The notes under the pieces are model-generated. The model did no database searches, had not been told where the DNA came from, and was given only the letters and a program-made list of their open reading frames with translations. Of a DNA stretch of 57,939 nt, positions 8,565 through 18,084 are shown one piece after another. Source of the DNA: Verrucomicrobiaceae bacterium. GTDB lineage: Bacteria > Verrucomicrobiota > Verrucomicrobiia > Verrucomicrobiales > Akkermansiaceae. The position numbers and the translations under genes are program-made. Location of the stretch: positions 1 through 57,939 of the forward strand of contig JBPOGH010000022.1 in NCBI GenBank assembly GCA_051252135.1, written 5' to 3'. How positions within the stretch are numbered: the stretch's first letter is position 1; every line of letters begins with the position of its first letter.

Positions 8565-10502
8565 ATGGAATTTAGCTGTAGTCCGACCCTGAGTTTGCTG
8601 GCGCGCCAGTTCCCGACTTCGGCATCGGTGCTCTCGGAAATTGCCTTGTTGCAGGCGAAGTTGACGCTGCCGAAGCGGCGAATTCATATCATCAGCGATG
8701 TGCACGGGGATGACCGGAAGTTGCGGCATGTGGTGAACAATGCTTCGGGCGGGTTGAGCATGTTGATTGACGAGGTGTTTGGGGAGGAGTTGGCGGAGGA
8801 GGAGAAGCGGACGTTTTTGGCCTTTCTGTATTATCCGGTGGAGAAGATGCGGCGGTATCGGGAGGAATTGAAGGATGACGAGTGGCGGATGCGGAAGGTG
8901 AAGAAGTTGTTGCGCCTGCAGTTTCGGCTGGTGCGTTATTTGGCGAAGACGGTGGCGAAGGATGAGTTGCTTGGGTTGATCAAGGAAGAGTTCAAGGTGC
9001 TCTACATTGCGCTGCTGGATGAGGTGTCCTTTGAGCGGGACCCGAGTTATGTGGATTCGATGGTGGATGCGTTGTCGGATTATGATCAGGACATCATTGC
9101 GCTGCATGAGGCGTCGCGGCTGGTGCGGAATCTGGTGGTGTCCGAGGTGGTGGTGGCGGGAGATTTGTTTGATCGGGGGGAGCGGGGGGACCGGGTGATT
9201 CATTATTTGAAGAACCAGCCGAAGGTGAGTTTTACGTGGGGGAACCACGATGTGATCTGGATGGGGGCGACGCTGGGGTCGGAGGTGATGATTGCGACGG
9301 TGCTGCGGATTTCACTCCGTTACTTGCGGCTGTGGCAGCTGGAGGAGGGGTATGGGATTTTGTTGTCGCCGCTGGCGATGCTGGCAAAGACGGTTTACGC
9401 GGATGATCCGGCGGTGTGCTTTTTCCCGAAGCGGAGCTCGGGGTTTACGGACGATTATTTGGTGGCGAGGATGCACAAGGCGGCGGCGATTTTGGAGTTC
9501 AAGTTGGCTGGTCCGGTGATCGAGCGGCACCCGGAATGGGAGATGGAGGACCGGAGGTTGCTGCACCGGGTGGATTACGAGAAGGGGACGGTGGAGTTGA
9601 ATGGGGAGACCCATGAGCTGAAGGATGGGGCATTTCCGACGGTGGATCCGGGTGATCCTTATGCGCTGTCGGCAGAGGAGCGGACGTGTATGGATCGGTT
9701 GCGGGAGTCGTTTGTTTCGAGTCCGCGGCTTTGGGAGCACATGTTGTTTGTGGTGCGCCAAGGGGGGATGTCGCTGAAGCGGGATGAGGCGCTGATTTTC
9801 CATGCCTGTGTGCCGACGAATGAGGACGGGACGTTGCGGGAGGTGGACCTGGGGAGGGGGCAGTTTAAGGGTGGGGCGCTCTTTCACGAGTTGGAGCAGA
9901 TTGTGCGGTCGACCTACCGGGAGGGAGCTCATGCGGTGTCGGGCGATCTTGATTTTTATTATTGGTTGTGGGCGAACGGGGATTCGCCGTTGTTTGGGAA
10001 GTCGAAGATGACGACCTTTGAGCGTTATTTTATTGAGGATGCTTCGACCCACAGGGAGGAGAAGGATGCGTATTACGGGAAGGTCCATGATGCGGAATTT
10101 TGCAAAATGGTGGGGCGGGAGTTTGGGATGGATGAGGATGTGCTGATCATCAACGGGCATGTGCCGGTGAAGGTGGAGAAGGGGGAGGATCCGGTGAAGG
10201 CGGGGGGGAATGCGGTGACGATCGATGGCGCGTTTTCGGAGTCGTATGGCGACCACGGATACACGCTGGTGATGGGGCCGAAGGCGATTCGTCTGGCGGA
10301 GCACTCGCACTTTGAGTCGATTGAGCATTTTCTCGACTGTGATGATGATATGATTCCGAAGCTGCGGGTGCTGCGGAAGTACGAGAAGGTTCGGACTTTG
10401 GCGGGGACGCGCGAGAGCCCCGATATCGAGGCACAGCTGTGTTCCCTGAACAGCCTTCTGCAGGCGTATCGTTCGGGCGGGGTGGTGGAGGCGGGCGGTT
10501 AG
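8565..10502 (+). CDS. fbp: Fructose-1,6-bisphosphatase class 3
   Basis: LTLPK..HIISDVHG, GDLFDRG, WGNHD, SPLFGKSKMTTFERYF, INGHVPVK, IDGAFS motifs; ATG at 8565 chosen as the start. Confidence 0.9.
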   Translation: MEFSCSPTLSLLARQFPTSASVLSEIALLQAKLTLPKRRIHIISDVHGDDRKLRHVVNNASGGLSMLIDEVFGEELAEEEKRTFLAFLYYPVEKMRRYREELKDDEWRMRKVKKLLRLQFRLVRYLAKTVAKDELLGLIKEEFKVLYIALLDEVSFERDPSYVDSMVDALSDYDQDIIALHEASRLVRNLVVSEVVVAGDLFDRGERGDRVIHYLKNQPKVSFTWGNHDVIWMGATLGSEVMIATVLRISLRYLRLWQLEEGYGILLSPLAMLAKTVYADDPAVCFFPKRSSGFTDDYLVARMHKAAAILEFKLAGPVIERHPEWEMEDRRLLHRVDYEKGTVELNGETHELKDGAFPTVDPGDPYALSAEERTCMDRLRESFVSSPRLWEHMLFVVRQGGMSLKRDEALIFHACVPTNEDGTLREVDLGRGQFKGGALFHELEQIVRSTYREGAHAVSGDLDFYYWLWANGDSPLFGKSKMTTFERYFIEDASTHREEKDAYYGKVHDAEFCKMVGREFGMDEDVLIINGHVPVKVEKGEDPVKAGGNAVTIDGAFSESYGDHGYTLVMGPKAIRLAEHSHFESIEHFLDCDDDMIPKLRVLRKYEKVRTLAGTRESPDIEAQLCSLNSLLQAYRSGGVVEAGG

Positions 10503-10556
10503 ATTCGGGGGGGATTGGGATTGCCCGGGAGGCCGAAAGCCATAGGGTTTTGGGCG

Positions 10557-12794
10557 ATGAGAGCGATTTTCGGATTTGTAGCGGCGGGAGTGATTCTGAT
10601 GACTTCGTGCCGGAAGGAGGAGTCATCGGTCGGGATGATCGTGGTGGATGAGGACGTGTCGCTTCTTGAGAAAGCGGATCATTTGGATGACGGGATGTTG
10701 AGGAAAATTCCGGCCGAGGCGGAGATGTTTGTGGGGATGAGGAACGTGGATGGGGTGGCCCGTGATTTTTTGAGCTGGTTTGAGAAGCAGGAGAAGAGGC
10801 CCGGTTTTTTGGTGGATGTGAAGGAGGGAGAGGTCCGGGTGGAAGGGGGGGCATTGAGTGAGGAGCTTGAGAAAAATCAGGAGGTGATCGATGAGAACGC
10901 AGAGAAGGGGATGAAGTTTCTGGAGGGGATCGGGCGGGAGAGTTTTTTGTGTTTGCTGGATGGTGGGGCGGACAAGGTGGAGTTTGCGGTGGAGAGCTTT
11001 CAGGCGATGAGCCGTGGGAATCAACGGCTGACGACGGGGATTTTTCGTTCGGTGCTGAGGGGAGAAGAGGAGGAAGAGGTCGAGGATGACGGCTTGGAGA
11101 TGCGGGATTCTCTGGGGGAGTTTTTAGGGGAGCATTTGAAGAGCGAGATGTTTGAGATGCCTGATTTTTTGATGGGGTTGAAGCTGGATGACGGGGAGTT
11201 GATGGCGGAGCTTCGGGGTGCGGTTCGGGAGGGGTTTGCCAATGATGAGTGGGTTGGGGGGGAGGTGAAATTTCGGGTGGAGGCGACGGATCGGGAAGTG
11301 GTGCGTGGCGGGGTGGCGTTTGAAGCGCTTGAGCTGAAGTTTATTCCGGATGCGGGCGAAGGGCTGATCAATGCGGAGGTATTGGGGGAGGAGTTGGCGG
11401 GGCGATTGATCGAGAAGATGGGTGGGCGTGAGCAGTATTCGGTGGTGATGGCGCACGGGGAGTGGGAGGGATATTTTCTGATGTTTGTGGGGGATTCCCT
11501 GGATGATTTGAAGTTGGTGGAGGATGTGGAAGAGTCGCTTCTGGGGCATGCTGATTTTGCTCCGTTGAGGGAGACGGGTGATCGTCGGGTGCTGGGCTTG
11601 CAGTATTTTAGCGAAGAGTTGATGGAGAGTATGGTGAAGCTGGGGCAGCCCGGGGTGGAGTGGCAGGTGGTGGGGGAGGTTTTTGAAGAGGGTCGGGATG
11701 ACTGGAAGAATCCGGGTCAGCTTGCCGGGGTGCTGAAGCGTTTGGCCGATCTTGAGAAGCAGGAAGCGGGGACCGAGGTGGATGCTTGGGCCGGGGTTTG
11801 GTATCTTGATGAGGGGCTTCGATACGAAGGTTGGGGAGGGCGCAGAAAGGAGGGTGAGGTGGACTCACCGGATTGGGTGATGACGGGCGAGGAGGCGCTG
11901 AAGCCCTTTTGCCGGATCCGGTGGTCGCGTGATTTTCAGGACAGGAATTTGTCCCAGCAGCAGGTGCGCAAGGGATTGGATTTGTTGCGTCTTTTGGCGG
12001 AGGAGTTTGGAGAACGGCAGGAGATGGATGCGGAAGATGCGGAGGAGTTTGAGAGGCTACTGGGAGAGTATGATGGGAAGGTGCATCCGAATGTGGTGGG
12101 CTTGCTTGAGGGGTGGGGGAAATTTGCGGTGGATGGGGTGGGTGATGACGGGTTCTTTGTGATGGATTTGAAGGGGGGGATGCCGAAGGTGCCGGGTGTT
12201 TCGGCGAGGCTGGTTGAGGAGGGGAAGGTGCCGCGGATGCTTTGGGGGAGTTCGGTGAGGGATCGGGAGAGTATTGGGGAGGCGTGGGAGCAATGGGTGG
12301 AGAGCGGGGGAAATTTGATTGAGTTGATACCGGAGGGGAGCGGGGTGGATCTTTCGTGGCTGAGTGTTCTTTCGGCAGACGGAGGCGGGTTGACTTCGCA
12401 CTTTTTGAATTTCCCGGGAGTGACGAAGGATTTTCTGCCGAATGTGTCGCTGAACGGGGAGTTTTTCTCCGTGGGGACCTCACGGCAGTTTGCGCAGGAG
12501 GTTTATGGGGCGATGGCTACGAGTGGTCCATCGGGGCAAGGGGGGTGGTTGATGGAGGTCGATGCGGCTCCGCTGAAGGCGTGGGTGAAGGGGTGGATTG
12601 AGCTGATGAATGCGGAGCGCGCGGATGAGGGGGAAGAGGCCTTGGCGCTCAATGATGAGCCGCTGATGGGAGAGGGGGAGGGGATTGCGGATTATGATTT
12701 GTTCGGATTTATCCAGGGGGTGCGTTGGCATCAATGGGTGGAGGGCGGAAGGGCGCGGTCGACCTTTCATCTCCGGATTGAGGGGGTGAAGTAG
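10557..12794 (+). CDS. Large acidic hypothetical lipoprotein
   Basis: Lipobox-like LMTS-C after a hydrophobic stretch; long ORF with host-like codon usage; no family recognised. Confidence 0.75.
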   Translation: MRAIFGFVAAGVILMTSCRKEESSVGMIVVDEDVSLLEKADHLDDGMLRKIPAEAEMFVGMRNVDGVARDFLSWFEKQEKRPGFLVDVKEGEVRVEGGALSEELEKNQEVIDENAEKGMKFLEGIGRESFLCLLDGGADKVEFAVESFQAMSRGNQRLTTGIFRSVLRGEEEEEVEDDGLEMRDSLGEFLGEHLKSEMFEMPDFLMGLKLDDGELMAELRGAVREGFANDEWVGGEVKFRVEATDREVVRGGVAFEALELKFIPDAGEGLINAEVLGEELAGRLIEKMGGREQYSVVMAHGEWEGYFLMFVGDSLDDLKLVEDVEESLLGHADFAPLRETGDRRVLGLQYFSEELMESMVKLGQPGVEWQVVGEVFEEGRDDWKNPGQLAGVLKRLADLEKQEAGTEVDAWAGVWYLDEGLRYEGWGGRRKEGEVDSPDWVMTGEEALKPFCRIRWSRDFQDRNLSQQQVRKGLDLLRLLAEEFGERQEMDAEDAEEFERLLGEYDGKVHPNVVGLLEGWGKFAVDGVGDDGFFVMDLKGGMPKVPGVSARLVEEGKVPRMLWGSSVRDRESIGEAWEQWVESGGNLIELIPEGSGVDLSWLSVLSADGGGLTSHFLNFPGVTKDFLPNVSLNGEFFSVGTSRQFAQEVYGAMATSGPSGQGGWLMEVDAAPLKAWVKGWIELMNAERADEGEEALALNDEPLMGEGEGIADYDLFGFIQGVRWHQWVEGGRARSTFHLRIEGVK

Positions 12795-12865
12795 GGGGGC
12801 TGAAGCCGGAGGGCTCTGCCTTGTGGGTGGAAACCGCCGGACGGCCCGGAGAGCCGGTCCCTGCC

Positions 12866-13696
12866 TTAGCTGCGGACCTGTTGGTTGCGGCGGGCGTTCC
12901 AGTGGACGTCCATTTGCTCGAGGGTGGCGTCCTGAAGTGAGACGCCATCGCGCTTGAGGCCGGCTTCGATGTGGGCGAAGCGGTCGAGAAATTTGTTGTT
13001 GGTGCCCTCGAGGGCGACCTCGGGATCGACGCCGAGTTTGCGGGCGAGGTTGGTGACGATGAAGAGGACGTCGCCGATCTCGGACCGGAGTTCCGCGCTG
13101 GCGGGTTGGCCGTCCCGGTGCTTGGCGAGTTCTTCTTTTACCTCATCGAGTTCCTCGTGGATTTTATCGATGATGCCGGAGGTGTCGGGCCAATCGAAGC
13201 CGACCTTGCTGGCCTTTTTTTGGAGTTTGGCGGAGCGGAGGAGGGCGGGGAGTCCTTTGCCAACGCCGTGGAGATAGGGTTTTTCCTCGTCGCCTTTTTC
13301 AGCGCGCTTGATGTCATCCCACTGGGCGAGGACGCCCTCGGTATCACCGACGGAGGAGTCTCCGTAGACGTGGGGGTGGCGGCGGACGAGTTTATCGGAG
13401 ATGCCTTTGGCGATGGAGTCGAAGTCGAAGCGATCATCCTCCTGGGCGATCTCGGCGTGGAAGACGACCTGGAGGAGGAGGTCGCCGAGTTCCTCTTCGA
13501 GGTTGGCGTCATCGCCGGATTTAATGGCGGCGACGGTCTCGTAGGCTTCTTCGATGAGATTGGAGACGAGGGAGTCGTGGGATTGTTCGGCATCCCAGGG
13601 GCAGCCGCCGGGTGAGCGAAGGCGGTGCATGATGGCGCGGAGCCGCTCGAGTTGGCGGGCGGGCTCGGTGCAGTTGATCATTTCGTCGTCGGTCAT
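12866..13696 (-). CDS. mazG: Nucleoside triphosphate pyrophosphohydrolase MazG
   Basis: LRSPGGCPWDAEQ, EEAYE, EELGDLLLQVVFHA, KLVRRHPHV, GFDW; tandem MazG domains. Confidence 0.96.
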   Translation of the reverse strand: MTDDEMINCTEPARQLERLRAIMHRLRSPGGCPWDAEQSHDSLVSNLIEEAYETVAAIKSGDDANLEEELGDLLLQVVFHAEIAQEDDRFDFDSIAKGISDKLVRRHPHVYGDSSVGDTEGVLAQWDDIKRAEKGDEEKPYLHGVGKGLPALLRSAKLQKKASKVGFDWPDTSGIIDKIHEELDEVKEELAKHRDGQPASAELRSEIGDVLFIVTNLARKLGVDPEVALEGTNNKFLDRFAHIEAGLKRDGVSLQDATLEQMDVHWNARRNQQVRS

Positions 13697-14556
13697 TTTT
13701 TGCGGGCTTTGTCGAGGGTTTGGCGTTCCTTGTCGGTGAGGGACTGGATGCCGTGCTCGCTGATTTTTTCGAGGATGCGGTCGACTTCCTTCGAGAGTTC
13801 GATGGGGGAGCGCTCGCGGATGACGGTGGCGGTTCGGACTTTTTTCCCGCCCGGTTGCCCGGTGCCGATGGCGGAGACCTTGATGAGCCAGGTGCGGAGG
13901 GGTTTGTAGTTGATGAAGGCGAGTCCGAGGAGGGCGCCGCCGAGGTGTCCGGCTGCGCCGCCGGAGTTATCGAGTCCGAAGACGACGATGGTGACCTGGA
14001 GGGCGAAGTAGGCGATGGCGAAGGTGCGCATCCGGATGGGGATGACGAAGAAGAGGAGGACCCGGGCGTCGGGTGCGATCTTGTAGAAGGCGGCGAGGAC
14101 GCCGAAGAGTCCGGCGGATGCGCCGACCATGGGAGTCCAAGCGGGGTAGTCGAACATCCCGGGGACGAAGAAGAGGACGGTGTAGAAGAGGGCTCCGGCG
14201 ATGCCACAGAAGAAGTAGTAGAAGGCGAAGGGGCGGCTGCCCATCCAGCGTTCGACGTGGGGGGCGAAGAAGACCATGCCGAGCATGTTGCCGAAGAGGT
14301 GGCCGCCATCGGCATGGAGAAACTGGAAGGTGAGGAGGCGCCAGATTTGGAAATGCTGGAGTCCTTCGGTGATGGAAAAGTGGCCCCAGAGGAGGAGGGG
14401 GCTGACGGGAGATTCCCTCGTGGTCATGATTATCCCGAGGAGGAAGATGACGACATTGGAAATGACGAGGAATTTGGAGACGGGAGCGCCTGCGAAGAGG
14501 GCAGGGCGTTGCGGCCCGTAGTTGGGTCTCATGTAGTCGCGATCTTCGTAGCCCAC
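13693..14556 (-). CDS. Rhomboid family intramembrane serine protease with a C-terminal helical domain (DUF6576-like)
   Basis: WRLLTFQFLH, HLFGNM, catalytic GASAG and GHLGGA; C-terminal EVDRILEKISEHGIQSLT; overlaps the mazG start (ATGA). Confidence 0.92.
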   Translation of the reverse strand: MGYEDRDYMRPNYGPQRPALFAGAPVSKFLVISNVVIFLLGIIMTTRESPVSPLLLWGHFSITEGLQHFQIWRLLTFQFLHADGGHLFGNMLGMVFFAPHVERWMGSRPFAFYYFFCGIAGALFYTVLFFVPGMFDYPAWTPMVGASAGLFGVLAAFYKIAPDARVLLFFVIPIRMRTFAIAYFALQVTIVVFGLDNSGGAAGHLGGALLGLAFINYKPLRTWLIKVSAIGTGQPGGKKVRTATVIRERSPIELSKEVDRILEKISEHGIQSLTDKERQTLDKARKK

Positions 14557-14579
14557 GGGGGAGGATTATCAGGTGGAGG

Positions 14580-14981
14580 TCAGGGGTAAAGCATCTTGAG
14601 CTTTAGGGGGGAGCCGGGATTGGTGGTGACGGCTTTGGCAAACTTGGGGCGGGCGAGTTTTTGGTAGTTGGAAAGGGCGACGCCTTCCCTGGGGTAGCCG
14701 ATGAAATTCTTATCGAGCTTGTTGTTCTTGTTCTCGTCGTGGAGGACGACGAAGGCGTATTTCCCGGGTTTGAGGGCGGGGAGCTTGAAGGTGAGGGTGC
14801 CTTTTTGGGCGTCGAGGGAGATTTGGTGGGTTGCTTTGGCGGGGTCCTCGGGGAAGCCATCGGCGGAGGAAAAGACGAGTAGTCCGACTTTTCCGTGATC
14901 ATTTTGGAGTCCGGAGACGTGGACGAGGAATTCTCCGGAGGCGGTGAGGCAGGAGAGAAGAAGGAGGAGAACGAGCTTCAT
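14580..14981 (-). CDS. DUF2141 family exported protein
   Basis: Signal peptide; PGKYAFVVLHDENKNNKLDKNFIGYPREGVALSN motif. Confidence 0.88.
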   Translation of the reverse strand: MKLVLLLLLSCLTASGEFLVHVSGLQNDHGKVGLLVFSSADGFPEDPAKATHQISLDAQKGTLTFKLPALKPGKYAFVVLHDENKNNKLDKNFIGYPREGVALSNYQKLARPKFAKAVTTNPGSPLKLKMLYP

Positions 14982-15088
14982 GAAGAGGCCCGACTGTAGA
15001 CGAGGGCCGCGACGACGAGAAGAGCGATGATGCCGAGGATGATCCGACCGGATTTCTTTTCGGCTGCTTTACAGAGGAGTCAGAGCAT
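14978..15088 (-). CDS. Candidate 36-aa membrane peptide with an in-frame TGA at codon 3 (selenopeptide candidate or pseudogene)
   Basis: ATG CTC TGA CTC CTC TGT gives ML*LLCKAAEKKSGRIILGIIALLVVAALVYSRASS; one TM helix; its stop overlaps the DUF2141 ATG (ATGA). Confidence 0.4.
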
Positions 15089-15170
15089 GGGGGGAGACTC
15101 GTGTAGATTTGTAAAATTGCAAATTAGTCCTCTTTTTTAGATGGGAAGCAGGAGATAGAAGCGGGGCAGG

Positions 15171-15554
15171 ATGATGAGACGAATTGGTGAACTGGGGTTT
15201 GTGGCGTTCGCGATTTTTATTGTGGCGGTGATTGTGCGGGCGAATCAGGGGGCGAGCATGGATTGGCTGGGGTGGATTCCGCGGCTGCCTTACTTTGACA
15301 AGCTGGGGCATTTTATTCTGATGGGGATTTTGAGTTTTTTGGCGGTGGTGGCACTGGTGCCGCGGATGAAGGGGGACCGGAAGCGGGCGGCGCAGCGGGT
15401 GGTGTTGGTGTTGTTGGTATTGATCGCGGGGGAGGAGGTGTCGCAAATTTTCTATGAAAGCCGGACGTTCTCGCTGGTGGATTTTTTGTGTGGAGCGGTG
15501 GGTGCGGTGATTTGCGGGTGGGTGGGGTATCGGTTGGTGGTGAAAAATCAGTAG
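15171..15554 (+). CDS. VanZ-like family membrane protein
   Basis: DKLGHFILMG, EEVSQIF..SRTFSLVD motifs; 4 TM segments. Confidence 0.85.
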   Translation: MMRRIGELGFVAFAIFIVAVIVRANQGASMDWLGWIPRLPYFDKLGHFILMGILSFLAVVALVPRMKGDRKRAAQRVVLVLLVLIAGEEVSQIFYESRTFSLVDFLCGAVGAVICGWVGYRLVVKNQ

Positions 15555-15571
15555 AGGTGGAGAGGGAGGGG

Positions 15572-15877
15572 CTATTCAGTTCCTTGAATCTCTCCGGAGT
15601 ATTGCCTTCCCCCAGTTGAATAATCGAAATGGGTGATCGATTCACGGGGGGGAATGATTTTAACCTGATCCTGATATCCAAGTAGAACACCGCTGTTTTT
15701 GAATCCAGAGTCAATGGCGAGACCGTACCTGCGGGTGTGGCGGATAGGGGTCTCTTCTTCCGAGGGTTCGTTGATGCGCACCCACCCCACGTAGCTTGAG
15801 GATCCGTCAGAATGGGGGATCTTGAAACTACAAGAGGTCAGAATGGGTAATAGAGATAAAGTGGAGAGAAGTTTCAT
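15572..15877 (-). CDS. Small hypothetical lipoprotein (low-GC island)
   Basis: ATG at 15877: MKLLSTLSLLPILTS-C lipobox; lower GC than the host. Confidence 0.7.
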   Translation of the reverse strand: MKLLSTLSLLPILTSCSFKIPHSDGSSSYVGWVRINEPSEEETPIRHTRRYGLAIDSGFKNSGVLLGYQDQVKIIPPRESITHFDYSTGGRQYSGEIQGTE

Positions 15878-15917
15878 CCGTGTGGTGCCAAGGAGGAGTG
15901 CGACGGGTGATCGGTTT

Positions 15918-16682
15918 TTACTCCGCTTCGTCTCCTCTAATTTGCTTTCGGACAAATTCTCTTGTTTTCGGCTGTTTTGCCAGTAACTCAGCGGCTTTCC
16001 CGGTGGCTATTCGTTGGACGGTGCGTGAGCCAATTGCGCCATTGTCGATCTGCCGATCATTGGGAATGGATTTTGCTTGGACGGTATTTCCGTTAATCCC
16101 TCCGGCATGGATGGAAATGTCAGCGTAAGTCGAGGGTAGGACGTTGATATTGTTTTCATCGCCGTCTTTCTTGGGCGGAGCGAAGATTGCGGCAACGGCG
16201 CGGCGAAATCCGAAATTGAAAGATGGACCAGCTCCATCAGAGCCTGCCGCTTCGATTCCCAGATTGGTTCTGGTGTTTGTCGAAATGATTTTCGAAGTTC
16301 GAAGATTATCAATGAGATCGCTTGGTTGAGTGATGCCGGGGTTATCGAGGTCTGCTGGAGTTTGTTGATCGCCGTCTTCGGTGAGAGCGTTCGCGGCGTT
16401 TCCGGTTATAAGAGTTTCAGTGATGGCGGCGCCCGAGAAATTGCGAAATTCGGCATCCAGGGATCCTACGATTCCTCCATTGCTGATTCCGTTTGGTAAG
16501 TGGACGCCTTCCGATCGACCATAGCCAATCGTTGATTTATTTGGGGCGACCGTGGTAGTTCCCGATACGTGGGCGCCTACTTGGCTAGTGGTGATAATAA
16601 TAGGCCTCTTTGCACAAGAAGTCAGGCCGAGGGAAATTGCGATAGGAGCGAATGAGCTCAATTTGATGAGATTGTGGTGCAT
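15918..16682 (-). CDS. Hypothetical lipoprotein with two internal repeats; paralog of 16725-17504
   Basis: LGLTS-C lipobox; repeated (T/I)G.AA..L motif; aligns by eye with the upstream ORF. Confidence 0.8.
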   Translation of the reverse strand: MHHNLIKLSSFAPIAISLGLTSCAKRPIIITTSQVGAHVSGTTTVAPNKSTIGYGRSEGVHLPNGISNGGIVGSLDAEFRNFSGAAITETLITGNAANALTEDGDQQTPADLDNPGITQPSDLIDNLRTSKIISTNTRTNLGIEAAGSDGAGPSFNFGFRRAVAAIFAPPKKDGDENNINVLPSTYADISIHAGGINGNTVQAKSIPNDRQIDNGAIGSRTVQRIATGKAAELLAKQPKTREFVRKQIRGDEAE

Positions 16683-16724
16683 GGAAATTGGATTGAATTG
16701 CGATGATTGAAAATCAGGAGTAGA

Positions 16725-17504
16725 CTATTCTTCGGTCAATTTTTCAGCAGCTTGATCGCCGACGGTTACTTCGGAAGGGTTTGTCGTTTTTGGTTTTATC
16801 AAGAGTTTTTCGGCAGCTTTACCGATAGCGAAGCTCTGGCGGATACGCACTCCTCCGGCGTTTACTTCCGATTCGTCTGCTCCTTTCACCTGGGAAAGTT
16901 GATGGTCGGTTGAGAGGGGGTTTGATACAGTGTTGGTGGTCCCTCCAAAGGCGGGTGCAGCATGGATACTGGTGTTGCTGTAGGTTGATGCAAGGCGCCC
17001 TGTGCTATCGGGACGAACGCGGGTGACGGCCTTGCGTTTATAACCCAAAATAACACTGTTAGATTCGCCTTGGTTTTCGGGGATTAATATGGCCTTCAGG
17101 CCAAAAACTGTATCAGAAACGAAGGTAAGAGGCTGGCTAGTGCCAGCAGGTTCAGTCGGAGATTGACTGTATGGAGCGATATTTTTATTGGCAACGATAT
17201 CTGCTGCGTATCCTGTGGCGGATGTCTGTTCAATCGCGCTCCCCCTATTCCACGTGGTCGTGGAGTCTATTGCTGCCAAAACCGACCCATCGTGATTGGC
17301 GTTCTTTCCAGAGTAGATGAGTTCTCGTCTACGAAACCCAGCACTTAGGTGATCAGGGACAGCTTGGATATCTCCATCAGCAGTTAAACCTACTGATGTG
17401 GATGTGGATAAAATGGTATCTTTAGAGCAGCTTGTTAGTGTGATTACGCTGAATGAAAGAATCAGAGAAAGTGCTGATGATGTGCGATTCATCCGTAGAG
17501 TCAT
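16725..17504 (-). CDS. Hypothetical lipoprotein with two internal repeats; paralog of 15918-16682
   Basis: ITLTS-C lipobox; STYSNTSIHA and AIGKAAEKLL match STYADISIHA and ATGKAAELL in the neighbour; the start may be the second Met. Confidence 0.8.
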   Translation of the reverse strand: MTLRMNRTSSALSLILSFSVITLTSCSKDTILSTSTSVGLTADGDIQAVPDHLSAGFRRRELIYSGKNANHDGSVLAAIDSTTTWNRGSAIEQTSATGYAADIVANKNIAPYSQSPTEPAGTSQPLTFVSDTVFGLKAILIPENQGESNSVILGYKRKAVTRVRPDSTGRLASTYSNTSIHAAPAFGGTTNTVSNPLSTDHQLSQVKGADESEVNAGGVRIRQSFAIGKAAEKLLIKPKTTNPSEVTVGDQAAEKLTEE

Positions 17505-18084
17505 AATTTTTTTTCATATGGAAAAGCTATATCGGCAAGTTTTAAAAATAGAGCGACTGGCACTTTGTTGATTTTTCGTGGTTTCCCGGATTGTTATTAA
17601 GTAATGGTGAATGGTCTAATAGGTTATATATTGAGCTAGTATTCAGAGATTCCCAATCCAAGAAGATCGGAAAGTTGCGGACATAAATATAACGTATGAT
17701 ACACCAGAAAACCTCATGAGGGGGTAGTGTATTGTTGGGGGCGTTTTTCGCAGCCATGCCAAGGCGGCTCTCTCGAACAATCTCAAGGTATTCCTCTCCA
17801 GGTGTTGGAGGACTCCCACCCGGACCTTTATCGTTGAAGAAAATTGCGTTCGGCGACGTGCTTCGAGATCTGGCACAAGCACTTCATAATCAGCTTTCAA
17901 CTCTCTAATCGAGATGTCATCTTTTTCTAGGATAGCTTACTCTAGAGAGAAAGGGGAAATCTCATGGGTTGGTTTCCAGGTATTCATTTTGAGGTCTTCT
18001 TAAGAAATCTGTTTGGATGGCTTGAGGCCGGTAAATGGAAGAACTTTAGTTTACGTGGGGAGGAAATCGGGTGATAGTTTTGGC

